Shown here piece by piece: positions 19,478 through 28,453 of a DNA stretch of 64,000 nucleotides; the stretch's first letter is position 1; each line of letters opens with the position of its first letter. The DNA comes from a virus (lineage: Duplodnaviria > Heunggongvirae > Uroviricota > Caudoviricetes), in the IMG/VR virus record IMGVR_UViG_3300013126_000009, one strand, 5' to 3'. Under the pieces are notes generated by a model that worked only from the letters and a program-made list of their open reading frames with translations, had not been told where the DNA came from and searched no databases. A program made the translations under genes and the position numbers.

Positions 19478-21280
19478 ATGTCACACTTATTAAACTCTGG
19501 TTCAGTTGGAAATATCGGACTTAACCACATGAAAGAAGTAAGGAAAAAAGTACAAGAAAAGTGGGATTCTACAGGCTTCCTTACTGGTCTTCAAGGACAC
19601 ATTAAAGAAAACGTTGCTCAGTTATTCGAAAACCAAGCTGGTAGCTTGTTGACCGAAAACACTGATGCTACTTCTTCAGGTTCTTTTGAAACAGTAGTAT
19701 TCCCAATCGTAAGAAGAGTATTCTCTAAACTTCTTGCAAATGATATCGTATCAGTACAAGCAATGAACTTGCCAATCGGTAAATTGTTCTTCTTTGTACC
19801 TGTTACATCTTCTAGAGTAGACGCATCTGGTGCTGCTGGTGACCCTTATGGTTCTGTACCATATAACGGTTCTTACTCAGCACATACTGGAATGACTCAA
19901 CTACCTGATTGTGTGGTGAATGGTGCTTCTTGCCCATCTACTAGCTTTTTAGCTAAAAACCTTTATGATTTATTCTACAACGATGGTTTGTTTGATAACT
20001 CAAAGGGTACCTTAACTATTAAGTCATTTACTGGTGCTACTCAAGTTACTAAAGTCGCTTTGGGCGCTAACGGTGAGTTTAGTGTAATCGCTCCAGCGGC
20101 TACTTTAGCAACAGCAACTGATGGTTCTGTACGTGAAGTTATTTTACGTGTATCAGGATTTAGCTCAACAAATAAAGGTCGTTTAACTGGTCCAGATGGT
20201 AATACTATGGATACTGAGTCTTTCTTGGCCTCATTAATGGTATTTAACGCTGGTTCAGCAATACTTGACGCTAATGGTGATGAAATTATCCCGAATTTGG
20301 GTAAAGTACCATTTAGGGTTGTAACTCAAAAATACGGAAAGGGTATTGTTGAATATGATGACATCTGTGACAGTGCTGGTCACATCTATTTAGGTGCTGA
20401 CCTTACTCATCCAGTTGATATCAATGCTGCTACGACAACTTTCGATGGTTACATCGGTATGTCAGCCACAACTGCTAGTGCAACAACATTTGCTGTAGCA
20501 TGGGCTGAGTACGCAAGCCTTGAGTTCGAAACTGAAATGGGTGAAGTTTCTTTCAGACTTGACGATGTTGTTGTGTCTGTAGAAGAAAGAAAATTGAGAG
20601 CTACTTGGTCTCCAGAATTGGCACAAGATGTTAGTGCATTCCACAACATCGATGCTGAAGCTGAATTGACAGCGTTGCTTTCTGAGCAAATTGCATCTGA
20701 AATTGACCGTGAAATCCTTAGAGATTTGAGAAGTCTTGGTGCATGGCAAATGAGATGGGACTATTACGGATGGAGAAAAGCGTCTAGCGCATCTAACGCT
20801 TACACCCAGAAGGATTGGAACCAAACTTTGATTACCAAAGTTAACCAAATCTCAGCTCAAATCCATAAGTCAACACTTAGAGGTGGTGCTAACTTCATCG
20901 TAGTATCTTCAGAGATTTCTGCAATCTTCGATGACCTTGAGTACTTCCACGTAAGTGATGCTTCTCCAGAGCAAGACCAATACAACATGGGTATTGAAAG
21001 AATCGGTTCATTGGGAGGACGTTATCAAGTATACCGTGACCCATATGCACCAGCATACTCAATGATTATCGGTCACAAAGGAAAGTCATTGTTGGATACA
21101 GGTTACATCTACGCACCATACGTGCCAATGCAACTTACCCCAACTATGTACAATCCATTCAACTTCGCTCCAGTGAAGGGAATTATGACACGGTATGCGA
21201 AGAAAAGCGTGAATAACCGCTTCTACGGACATGTTCGTGTAGATGGTGTTCCAACATTCAACGTAGCTGAATTGAGATAA
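19478..21280 (+). CDS. major capsid protein (T4 gp23-like)
   Basis: IVSVQAMNLPIG, RKLRATWSPELAQD, DAEAELTALLSEQIASEIDREI, GYIYAPYVP, GIMTRY. Confidence 0.95.
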   Translation: MSHLLNSGSVGNIGLNHMKEVRKKVQEKWDSTGFLTGLQGHIKENVAQLFENQAGSLLTENTDATSSGSFETVVFPIVRRVFSKLLANDIVSVQAMNLPIGKLFFFVPVTSSRVDASGAAGDPYGSVPYNGSYSAHTGMTQLPDCVVNGASCPSTSFLAKNLYDLFYNDGLFDNSKGTLTIKSFTGATQVTKVALGANGEFSVIAPAATLATATDGSVREVILRVSGFSSTNKGRLTGPDGNTMDTESFLASLMVFNAGSAILDANGDEIIPNLGKVPFRVVTQKYGKGIVEYDDICDSAGHIYLGADLTHPVDINAATTTFDGYIGMSATTASATTFAVAWAEYASLEFETEMGEVSFRLDDVVVSVEERKLRATWSPELAQDVSAFHNIDAEAELTALLSEQIASEIDREILRDLRSLGAWQMRWDYYGWRKASSASNAYTQKDWNQTLITKVNQISAQIHKSTLRGGANFIVVSSEISAIFDDLEYFHVSDASPEQDQYNMGIERIGSLGGRYQVYRDPYAPAYSMIIGHKGKSLLDTGYIYAPYVPMQLTPTMYNPFNFAPVKGIMTRYAKKSVNNRFYGHVRVDGVPTFNVAELR

Positions 21281-21301
21281 TAAAACTCAAAATAATCAAT
21301 G

Positions 21302-21333
21302 AAAAGAGGGTCAAAATTGACCCTCTTTTTTTT
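21302..21333 (+). terminator. intrinsic terminator after major capsid gene
   Basis: AAAAGAGGGTCAA-AA-TTGACCCTCTTTT followed by T-tract. Confidence 0.9.
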
Positions 21334-21422
21334 ATATGTACAGTAATTTGGTTTAAAAATAAATGGGTTAAAACTTGATTCACCTGATATTTATGTATAT
21401 ATTTGCATAAATAAATTAAAAG

Positions 21423-23144
21423 ATGGGTAAGAAAGTCATACTAAGCGATAAAGATATATCTGATATTATCAGACTATATAAAGATGATACAATTGGTGTT
21501 GAATCGTTGGCTAAGAAGTTTAATGTTGGTAAATTAAAGATAAAGTCAGTTTTAACGGAAAATAATATACCAATTAAAAAACGTGGCGCTCAAACAACCG
21601 TTGGTAACAGTTCAGAAATTGAAAAATCACATGTTATTATGTATGAAACAAATAATGTTGATAAAAAATTAGTTGCTATATGTAAAATAACTGATACAGT
21701 TTTTGAAGATGTGAATAATCGTTCAGGGGCATTAACCAATCATATTTTATCAACATATGGTGATGTTCCAATACCAACAAATACATATCAACGAAAAAAA
21801 TATGAAAGAGAGTATGGTAAAAAATGGTTTGAAGAGTATTTTGATATTAAAGAAATAGATAAACCTAAAACGAGAAAATGTAAGTTATGTGATTGGGAAA
21901 CCGTAGATATTGATAATAATTCTGGTAGTTTTGAACAGCATTTGGTCAATAATCATAATATTACATTATTAGAATATCTGGAGGGTTTTCCTGAAGACAT
22001 TAAATACCATTCAAAATATGATAAACTAAAACACAGATTAAACCCCAATAATCATATTATATGTAAGGTATGTGGTAAAAAAATGGGTTATTTAACAGCG
22101 ACACACTTATCTACACACAACTTGACTTTAACTGACTACAAGTTAAAATATCCTAAAAGTGACGTATTATCTAACGAATATAGGGATAATTTAAAAGAGC
22201 GTTATGATGAACATTTAAAACATTACGAACCAACTTACTCAACTAAGCCACAGGAGGAAATTTATGAATATATTAAAAGTTTAGGTTTTAAAGTTAAAAA
22301 GAATGATAAAACACTATTAAACGGTACCGAAATAGATATTTTAATGAAGGATAAGCTCATTGGTATCGAATACAATGGTTTATATTATCATAGAGAAGGT
22401 ATGGGTAAAGATAGAAACTATCATTTAACTAAAACTAAATTAATGGAAAGTTGTGGTTATAGTTTGATACATATATTTGAAGATGAATGGTTAAATAACA
22501 AAGATTTAATTCTTAACAAGATTTCACACTTACTGAATGTTAATAATATGAAGTCAATAGGTGCCAGAAAATGTAATATAAAACAAATAGACGCATATAT
22601 TAAATCAGATTTTTTAAATACCAATCATATTCAAGGTAATGATAACTCAAACATTTATTATGGTGCATATTATGACAATATATTAGTTGCTATTATGTCT
22701 TTTACAAATAAAAGGAGTATGAATGGTAAATCTGATAGTTATGGTGAATATGAATTATCTAGATTTGCAACGAATATTAACTATAGGGTCGTTGGTGTCG
22801 CTGGTAAGTTATTAAAACGATTTATCAAAGATTATCAACCCAATAATATAATAAGTTTTGGTGATAGGCGATGGGTGCTTAACGGTGAAGAAAATATGTA
22901 TACTAAATTAGGTTTTAAATTGACCAAGACTTATTCACCAGATTACAAATATTATAATCCTAAAATAGCCAAAAATAAACGTTTTCATAAATTTGGTTTT
23001 GGTAAATCGTCTTTAAGAAAGAAATATCCAGAGTTGGATTTCACAAAGACTGAGAAAGAGTTGATGACTGAATTGGGTTATGATAGAATTTGGGATTGTG
23101 GTTTATTCAAATATGAACTCATATTAAATGGTAACCAACAATAA
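21423..23144 (+). CDS. Hef-like putative homing endonuclease (HTH, Zn fingers, Vsr/DUF559-like nuclease, GNAT/Mom-like C-terminal domain)
   Basis: CKLC..H..H and CKVC..H..H fingers; EIDI..IGIEYNGLYYH..LIHIFEDEW; NHIQG..YELSRFA..RIWDCG. Confidence 0.7.
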   Translation: MGKKVILSDKDISDIIRLYKDDTIGVESLAKKFNVGKLKIKSVLTENNIPIKKRGAQTTVGNSSEIEKSHVIMYETNNVDKKLVAICKITDTVFEDVNNRSGALTNHILSTYGDVPIPTNTYQRKKYEREYGKKWFEEYFDIKEIDKPKTRKCKLCDWETVDIDNNSGSFEQHLVNNHNITLLEYLEGFPEDIKYHSKYDKLKHRLNPNNHIICKVCGKKMGYLTATHLSTHNLTLTDYKLKYPKSDVLSNEYRDNLKERYDEHLKHYEPTYSTKPQEEIYEYIKSLGFKVKKNDKTLLNGTEIDILMKDKLIGIEYNGLYYHREGMGKDRNYHLTKTKLMESCGYSLIHIFEDEWLNNKDLILNKISHLLNVNNMKSIGARKCNIKQIDAYIKSDFLNTNHIQGNDNSNIYYGAYYDNILVAIMSFTNKRSMNGKSDSYGEYELSRFATNINYRVVGVAGKLLKRFIKDYQPNNIISFGDRRWVLNGEENMYTKLGFKLTKTYSPDYKYYNPKIAKNKRFHKFGFGKSSLRKKYPELDFTKTEKELMTELGYDRIWDCGLFKYELILNGNQQ

Positions 23145-23559
23145 CGCCAATATTTAACAGAACACCTAATACAAATTGTATTGTTCTTGATATTGGTGTC
23201 ATGAATTTGGTTGTTTTGGCAACGCTTGAGGTGCTTTGGTCCCAAAATCGTTTATGATATATTGTTGGGTCAAGGTTATTTCGTGTCATGTACATAAAAC
23301 CATTGTGTATGAATGAGAAAGTTAGCGCACAACCAATTACACTTATAAGTGTTAGCCACCAACTCATACCAGTGAAAAATAGTAATAAACCACCCATTAG
23401 TAGGACAATAGCTCTTTGTATTGCGAATATTATATGTTCTTCAACGTCTGGAAACCAATCATAGAATCTGGAACCGATTTTAACATGCCAATATATTGCT
23501 TCTCTCCAACCTTCAAAAGCTGAATAAGCGATAAAGAATGTTAATAGTATTAAATTCAT
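23119..23559 (-). CDS. multi-pass membrane protein
   Basis: ~4 hydrophobic segments. Confidence 0.65.
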   Translation of the reverse strand: MNLILLTFFIAYSAFEGWREAIYWHVKIGSRFYDWFPDVEEHIIFAIQRAIVLLMGGLLLFFTGMSWWLTLISVIGCALTFSFIHNGFMYMTRNNLDPTIYHKRFWDQSTSSVAKTTKFMTPISRTIQFVLGVLLNIGVIVGYHLI

Positions 23560-23895
23560 TTAATGAATTTTTAATTGCCATTTTCTGATGAATTTGACAA
23601 TTTTATTAAGTGTTGTGTTCTTCGGGTCTTCACCAACAATCATTATAAATGGGTTAAGTATTAAACCATTTGCGATATACCATAAACCAGCGATGATTGG
23701 GTAAGCTGCAATTGCGATACTTAACCAATATAAGACCTCATTAGCTGTGTAGCTAATTGACGGTAATTGTGATGTCATGAATAACGAACCAGCAATAACT
23801 GAAAGAGTCATTATTCTACCAACTCTGGTAAACATCCATTTAATTGGTCTTGGTGTTTTATCAAAAAACGCTTTTATTTTATCCCAATTTTTCAT
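23560..23895 (-). CDS. membrane protein (2 TM)
   Basis: two hydrophobic segments, basic termini; ATATTTAT upstream at 23910..23917. Confidence 0.65.
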   Translation of the reverse strand: MKNWDKIKAFFDKTPRPIKWMFTRVGRIMTLSVIAGSLFMTSQLPSISYTANEVLYWLSIAIAAYPIIAGLWYIANGLILNPFIMIVGEDPKNTTLNKIVKFIRKWQLKIH

Positions 23896-23935
23896 AATTA
23901 TGTTTTATTATAAATATCAGGTAAAAGGTTTAAAA

Positions 23936-24343
23936 TTAGATTATATAATATATCTGTTTACCATTTGAATGCTCATAATAGATTTCATTACCATTAATAT
24001 CGTATTTATGTTTAGCCCAATATCCATTTGAATGCTCAAAATAGATTAAGTTACCATTAGTATCATAATCACGTTTATCCCAATATCCTTTTGAATCCTC
24101 ATAATAGATTACATTACTATCGGAATCATAATCACGTTTTTCCCAAAATCCATTTGAATACTCACAATAGATTCTGTTACCATTAATATCGTATTCACGT
24201 TTTTCCCAATATCCATCTGAAGTCTCAAAATAGATTTCATTACCATTGGTATCATATTCACGTTTATACCAAAATCCAGTTGAAGTCTCACAATAGATTT
24301 CATTACCATTGGTATCAAATTCTTGTTTTATAATTTCACTCAT
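23936..24343 (-). CDS. 21-aa tandem repeat protein (YDxNGNxIYxExSxGxWxKRE, ~6 units)
   Basis: 63-bp imperfect tandem repeats. Confidence 0.8.
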   Translation of the reverse strand: MSEIIKQEFDTNGNEIYCETSTGFWYKREYDTNGNEIYFETSDGYWEKREYDINGNRIYCEYSNGFWEKRDYDSDSNVIYYEDSKGYWDKRDYDTNGNLIYFEHSNGYWAKHKYDINGNEIYYEHSNGKQIYYII

Positions 24344-24855
24344 AGTATTACATAAAGTTCTTTGTTAAATAATAAATCATTAACATAAAAAGGTTCAGTC
24401 AAGTCATATTCAATGTATTTTGAGTGTTTAAATCTATGTGCAATTAAATTAGCTTTACGAGTAACCTCCAATTTATCCTCTTTGTATTCGTTAGATATTA
24501 CGATGATTTCGTTATTATCATCAACATATTCAAACGTTATGGTTTTTCTACAGAACGTGGTAGTTATATCACATTCAATTGGTAACCCACGACTATCATA
24601 TATTATAGTTATTGATATGTCAGACAATATAATATTAATAATATTATCTGAATATCTAATGTTAATCCAACCATTATCTACTGAAATGACTCTATTTTCA
24701 TCATCGGTTATAACCTTATGAGAAAGGCTTATTTGTAATTTAATGCTTGATAACGAAAATAAATTAATATTTTTGGCTATTAGGTATAGTGAATTTGGTA
24801 TCAAATTACCACATATATTCGTGGTATACATCGAAGTCAATGTATCATTAATCAT
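24340..24855 (-). CDS. hypothetical protein
   Basis: 171 aa, coupled to neighbours. Confidence 0.5.
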   Translation of the reverse strand: MINDTLTSMYTTNICGNLIPNSLYLIAKNINLFSLSSIKLQISLSHKVITDDENRVISVDNGWINIRYSDNIINIILSDISITIIYDSRGLPIECDITTTFCRKTITFEYVDDNNEIIVISNEYKEDKLEVTRKANLIAHRFKHSKYIEYDLTEPFYVNDLLFNKELYVIL

Positions 24856-25043
24856 TAATCGGTAGTGATTTTAGTTAATTTAACCTTCAATAGCTCTCTA
24901 GCTTCTGTTCTCGTTTTACCCAAAGCAAAGTCACCTTTATCTGAATCATTATTAAAATAGTGCCCAACAGATTCTACAGTCATAGCACACCAAAGTTTTG
25001 AGTATGTGTTGTAGTGGTATAGAAAATTGTAATCTTCTTTCAT
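24855..25043 (-). CDS. small hypothetical protein
   Basis: 62 aa; TAnnTTTG promoter upstream. Confidence 0.6.
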   Translation of the reverse strand: MKEDYNFLYHYNTYSKLWCAMTVESVGHYFNNDSDKGDFALGKTRTEARELLKVKLTKITTD

Positions 25044-25074
25044 AATATGAATTTTAGTTAATAATTGTGAACCA

Positions 25075-25082
25075 CAAATATA
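25075..25082 (-). promoter_or_regulatory. Bacteroidota-type -7 element TATATTTG
   Basis: matches TAnnTTTG ~30 nt upstream of ATG 25043. Confidence 0.55.
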
Positions 25083-25083
25083 T

Positions 25084-25114
25084 AAAAAAATGGTGAGATT
25101 ACAAATCTCACCAT
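25084..25114 (-). terminator. intrinsic terminator
   Basis: ATGGTGAGATT-ACA-AATCTCACCAT with U-tract on - strand. Confidence 0.8.
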
Positions 25115-25121
25115 CGATTAA

Positions 25122-25901
25122 TCACATTTTGGTTCCACAACTTGGGCAGAATTTAAAGTTTGGTTTAACTTTTTTCCCACATTCGTGGCAATAAGTCCTA
25201 GTTTTTAATTCAAAAACTGTTGTTGGTTTCGTTGATTCTGGCATGACTTTGAATTCAATATTCAAGAATGGGTAGGTATTGAATTCTTTATCAACAGTTT
25301 CAAATTGTTGTTCAGAGGTTGAACCCATCTCAACTCTACCAGTTTCCATCGATTTTGATGCCTTAACTGGTTCAGGATTTATCGCTGCGGAATAAAATAT
25401 TGTTTCTGATTGTGAATTATAGATTGTGTAATCAGTATTTGGTGTGCCATATATTGGTTGATTCCATTCATTATATATTCGATATGTGGATATTGGTTTT
25501 ACCCAAGTTATGTTAATTGGTATAAATTCATGATAGAATGATACTTTAATATTACCATTATTAGCAATAGCTTTCTTAACCTCTTCAGTGTTATTAACAT
25601 CATAGGTTTCAAATTTAAACTTTTTTGCTATATCAATATATCTATCAAGAAAGACTCTTTGACCTGGATTTAATATCAAACCACTTTGACTTATCAACTT
25701 ACCGTTAATTTCAATTTTAGCCAATATAGGTTCTGTTTTTGGATTAAACAATTCAATTTGAAACTCAGTACCGTCTTTAAGGTAATAAGTTGGTTGTTTT
25801 GAGTTTTGATTATAGACTTTAAGTCTGTTTTTGTTGATGGCCAGATTAGCCGTTGGTTCTGGGAATGGAGAATTCCCATTAGTGAAAATAGATTGTTTCA
25901 T
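25122..25901 (-). CDS. protein with C-terminal zinc ribbon
   Basis: YCHECG...FCPSCG. Confidence 0.75.
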   Translation of the reverse strand: MKQSIFTNGNSPFPEPTANLAINKNRLKVYNQNSKQPTYYLKDGTEFQIELFNPKTEPILAKIEINGKLISQSGLILNPGQRVFLDRYIDIAKKFKFETYDVNNTEEVKKAIANNGNIKVSFYHEFIPINITWVKPISTYRIYNEWNQPIYGTPNTDYTIYNSQSETIFYSAAINPEPVKASKSMETGRVEMGSTSEQQFETVDKEFNTYPFLNIEFKVMPESTKPTTVFELKTRTYCHECGKKVKPNFKFCPSCGTKM

Positions 25902-25938
25902 ACTAATTAAATTTATAATAATTATTATTTTTCATTAC

Positions 25939-26003
25939 TATTCCAACTTAATCATTACCTTTAAGATAATTCAAACGCCCACAACTGACGCAAAGCTGAA
26001 ATA
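25939..26003 (-). promoter_or_regulatory. candidate cis-regulatory three-way-junction RNA in 5' leader
   Basis: P1 UAUUUCAGCUU/AAGUUGGAAUA, P2 GCGUC/GGCGU, P3 AUUAUC/GGUAAU; G-U pairs form only on the - strand. Confidence 0.45.
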
Positions 26004-26043
26004 ACTTTAACTATTATTAAATATAATCAATTACGTTTTTTTG

Positions 26044-26334
26044 TCAAGAGAAATCTAAATTACCATTACAAATTGTAACGGTTGAACAACGATATTCGTT
26101 ATCTATTCCGCTTAAATAATATATATCGCCACTGTAACATTCATTATTATAATGGTATGGTTTGAAACCTGTGAATTTGGTATCAAAATCAATATATTTG
26201 CCCAATAATTGACTAAGTGTATCAGTAGCGTCTGAACAATTTTCGAATAATAAATTATCCAAATTATTATTTATTAGTTTTTCAATTTCCCTTCCTCTTT
26301 CAGTTGTAATCATGTCATAACGTTTTAATTTCAT
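26044..26334 (-). CDS. hypothetical protein (start may be 26313)
   Basis: short ORF coupled to upstream gene. Confidence 0.5.
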   Translation of the reverse strand: MKLKRYDMITTERGREIEKLINNNLDNLLFENCSDATDTLSQLLGKYIDFDTKFTGFKPYHYNNECYSGDIYYLSGIDNEYRCSTVTICNGNLDFS

Positions 26335-26998
26335 CTAGCAATTCAAAAACCCATTCTGGTGGTTCTTCATTTGGATTATTTTTATTCATTGGAGAATCTT
26401 TGACCCACTCAGCCACATCACCAAGAATATTAAAGTCATACTTATCATAGTAACCATTATTTGTTATTATGTCAAGCCATTTATTCCAAGTTGGTTTATA
26501 ACCCATATTGACCAAATCAATAATAAACCCTTTAATAATTGGGTCATTAATATTTTCCAGTTCCGATTTGTCAATGTGTTTTGATTGTGATTTTTTATAA
26601 TCTGAATAATTAAAATTGAATAGTTTATCCAATTCTTGTCTCATTTTTGCGCCTGATTGTGTTAAAGATGTTCGTTCAAGATTTTCATAACCGTATTTCT
26701 TTGCCAAATAAATCATTAATATTTTCCCATAACCTTTACCACCTTCAAGTGCTTCAATCAGTGATATTGTAATTTCGTCATTATAGTCAACATAATCAAC
26801 CTTAGCCAATGGTTTATTGGTTTCTTTATCATACATTATTGCCGTATAATTATCTTGGCCATCGATATGTCCAGTATGTTCATCAGTGAATTTATAGTCA
26901 TTTAGTATTGCAAAAGGTTTACCTTTCTTAACTTTTGACCAATCCTCTTGATATAGTTTATGGAGTTCTTCGTTTAATATTTTTCTTACTCTACTCAT
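26315..26998 (-). CDS. GNAT-like protein with head-cargo-like N-terminus
   Basis: MSRVRKILNEE; ISLIEA..GGKGYGKILM acetyl-CoA-binding-like motif. Confidence 0.5.
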   Translation of the reverse strand: MSRVRKILNEELHKLYQEDWSKVKKGKPFAILNDYKFTDEHTGHIDGQDNYTAIMYDKETNKPLAKVDYVDYNDEITISLIEALEGGKGYGKILMIYLAKKYGYENLERTSLTQSGAKMRQELDKLFNFNYSDYKKSQSKHIDKSELENINDPIIKGFIIDLVNMGYKPTWNKWLDIITNNGYYDKYDFNILGDVAEWVKDSPMNKNNPNEEPPEWVFELLDEIKTL

Positions 26999-28416
26999 TA
27001 CTGACCATATCTTAATTCTGATTGACTTACAATGTCAAAAAATAACACCTCATTTAAAGTAGTAACCTCTAAATTACTTGTTACCTTTATATCGACATAG
27101 TATGTATTAGGTATCATACTGGCAGTATCTAATAAAAAGTAATTATGGTTATTAGCCAATTCAATTGGTTGATAGTCAATTATTGTCAGGTCATTTCTAC
27201 CTTCTTTAACATATACTCTATATTCAGCGCTGTCAATTCTTTGTTCTTGATTAACGGTGTATGGTATTTTAGTTTTAAGTATTACTTTTCTAATATCACC
27301 ACGTTTGATTCTTTCACCTCTTTGTATTCCAGATGCCACGACACCTACTTTCTTTGGTAATGAATCGTTATCACCAATGTTGTACCAACCCATTGAGTCT
27401 TTCAATGCAAAATCTAATGTGACGTTAGGTCTATTGATACCATTTATTGTTATACCAGACCATACATCGGTAAACATGAAATCTTCAGTATAATCATTTG
27501 TCGTTGGTACGTTTATGTCAATTTTATAAACGCCCTTTGTTACATGTGTAACGTCACTTGGTGTATATGCTGAGAATACGTCACCATTATAATCATAAAC
27601 GGTTACCGCTGGTATTGAATCCAAGTTTGTTGGCGTACCACCCAAATTAACATATAGATATAACTCATTGTCTTTATCTAGATAGAAATCGTGTCTATCA
27701 TCATTTATATGGTCAGCATACGTTGTTTCAACAAATGGTTCATAAATACTTTGTGTGTGTCTGGTAAAGAAACCGACATATTGATATTCAACAGTACGTA
27801 AATTTTCATACTCTTGTTGATACGCTAATACTAGACCATTATTTGTATTACCAGTTAATAGACCATTAACATAATCGGTAATATCCATTTCAAGGTTTTC
27901 ATTACCTAATTCAAAATGTTGTGAAGCTATTGTGATGCCACTGGTAGCTCCAGTTACAACACCTGATTCTGTCCACGCTGATAGTGTTGTTGCTTGAAAC
28001 CAGTTGGATGGGCTTGCAGCCAATGCTGATTGACCCAATACGTAAGTACAATTAGCATAATCATAGCCAACACCTTCATCCCAATATTGGTTTATTGGAA
28101 ATAATATTAAATCAAATGAAGATGAACGCTTTTTACCATCACACGTATCCTTGCCCAATAATTCTTTATCTAATGACCCAGTATTGGTCATTTTAAGCGT
28201 ATGTGTCATCTTAGTTATATCTGGATAGGTTCCACCAGTATAAAACGATTTAAGGCGCTCTACGTCAAAATAAAACAGGTATCTGCTATATGTTTGCGTC
28301 AATGTACTACCAGTTCCACCACCATAATATAATTCGGTTACTGGGTTTCTGGATGTATTGGTGTATTCATCCAGTATTATTGTATTGTCTTTGTCAAAGA
28401 AAGTTCTAATTACCAT
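26998..28416 (-). CDS. virion structural protein (beta-sandwich type)
   Basis: SRYLFYFD, WDEGVGYDY, DITDYV..NNGLVL; late motif at 28433..28440. Confidence 0.6.
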   Translation of the reverse strand: MVIRTFFDKDNTIILDEYTNTSRNPVTELYYGGGTGSTLTQTYSRYLFYFDVERLKSFYTGGTYPDITKMTHTLKMTNTGSLDKELLGKDTCDGKKRSSSFDLILFPINQYWDEGVGYDYANCTYVLGQSALAASPSNWFQATTLSAWTESGVVTGATSGITIASQHFELGNENLEMDITDYVNGLLTGNTNNGLVLAYQQEYENLRTVEYQYVGFFTRHTQSIYEPFVETTYADHINDDRHDFYLDKDNELYLYVNLGGTPTNLDSIPAVTVYDYNGDVFSAYTPSDVTHVTKGVYKIDINVPTTNDYTEDFMFTDVWSGITINGINRPNVTLDFALKDSMGWYNIGDNDSLPKKVGVVASGIQRGERIKRGDIRKVILKTKIPYTVNQEQRIDSAEYRVYVKEGRNDLTIIDYQPIELANNHNYFLLDTASMIPNTYYVDIKVTSNLEVTTLNEVLFFDIVSQSELRYGQ

Positions 28417-28453
28417 TTTTTTATCTTTACATATAAATATAAAACAAACGTAA

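Noticed and set aside
23936-24343. CRISPR array or DGR template/variable repeat
   Set aside because: In-frame 63-bp protein repeats; no spacers, no adenine-only variation, no reverse transcriptase in the window
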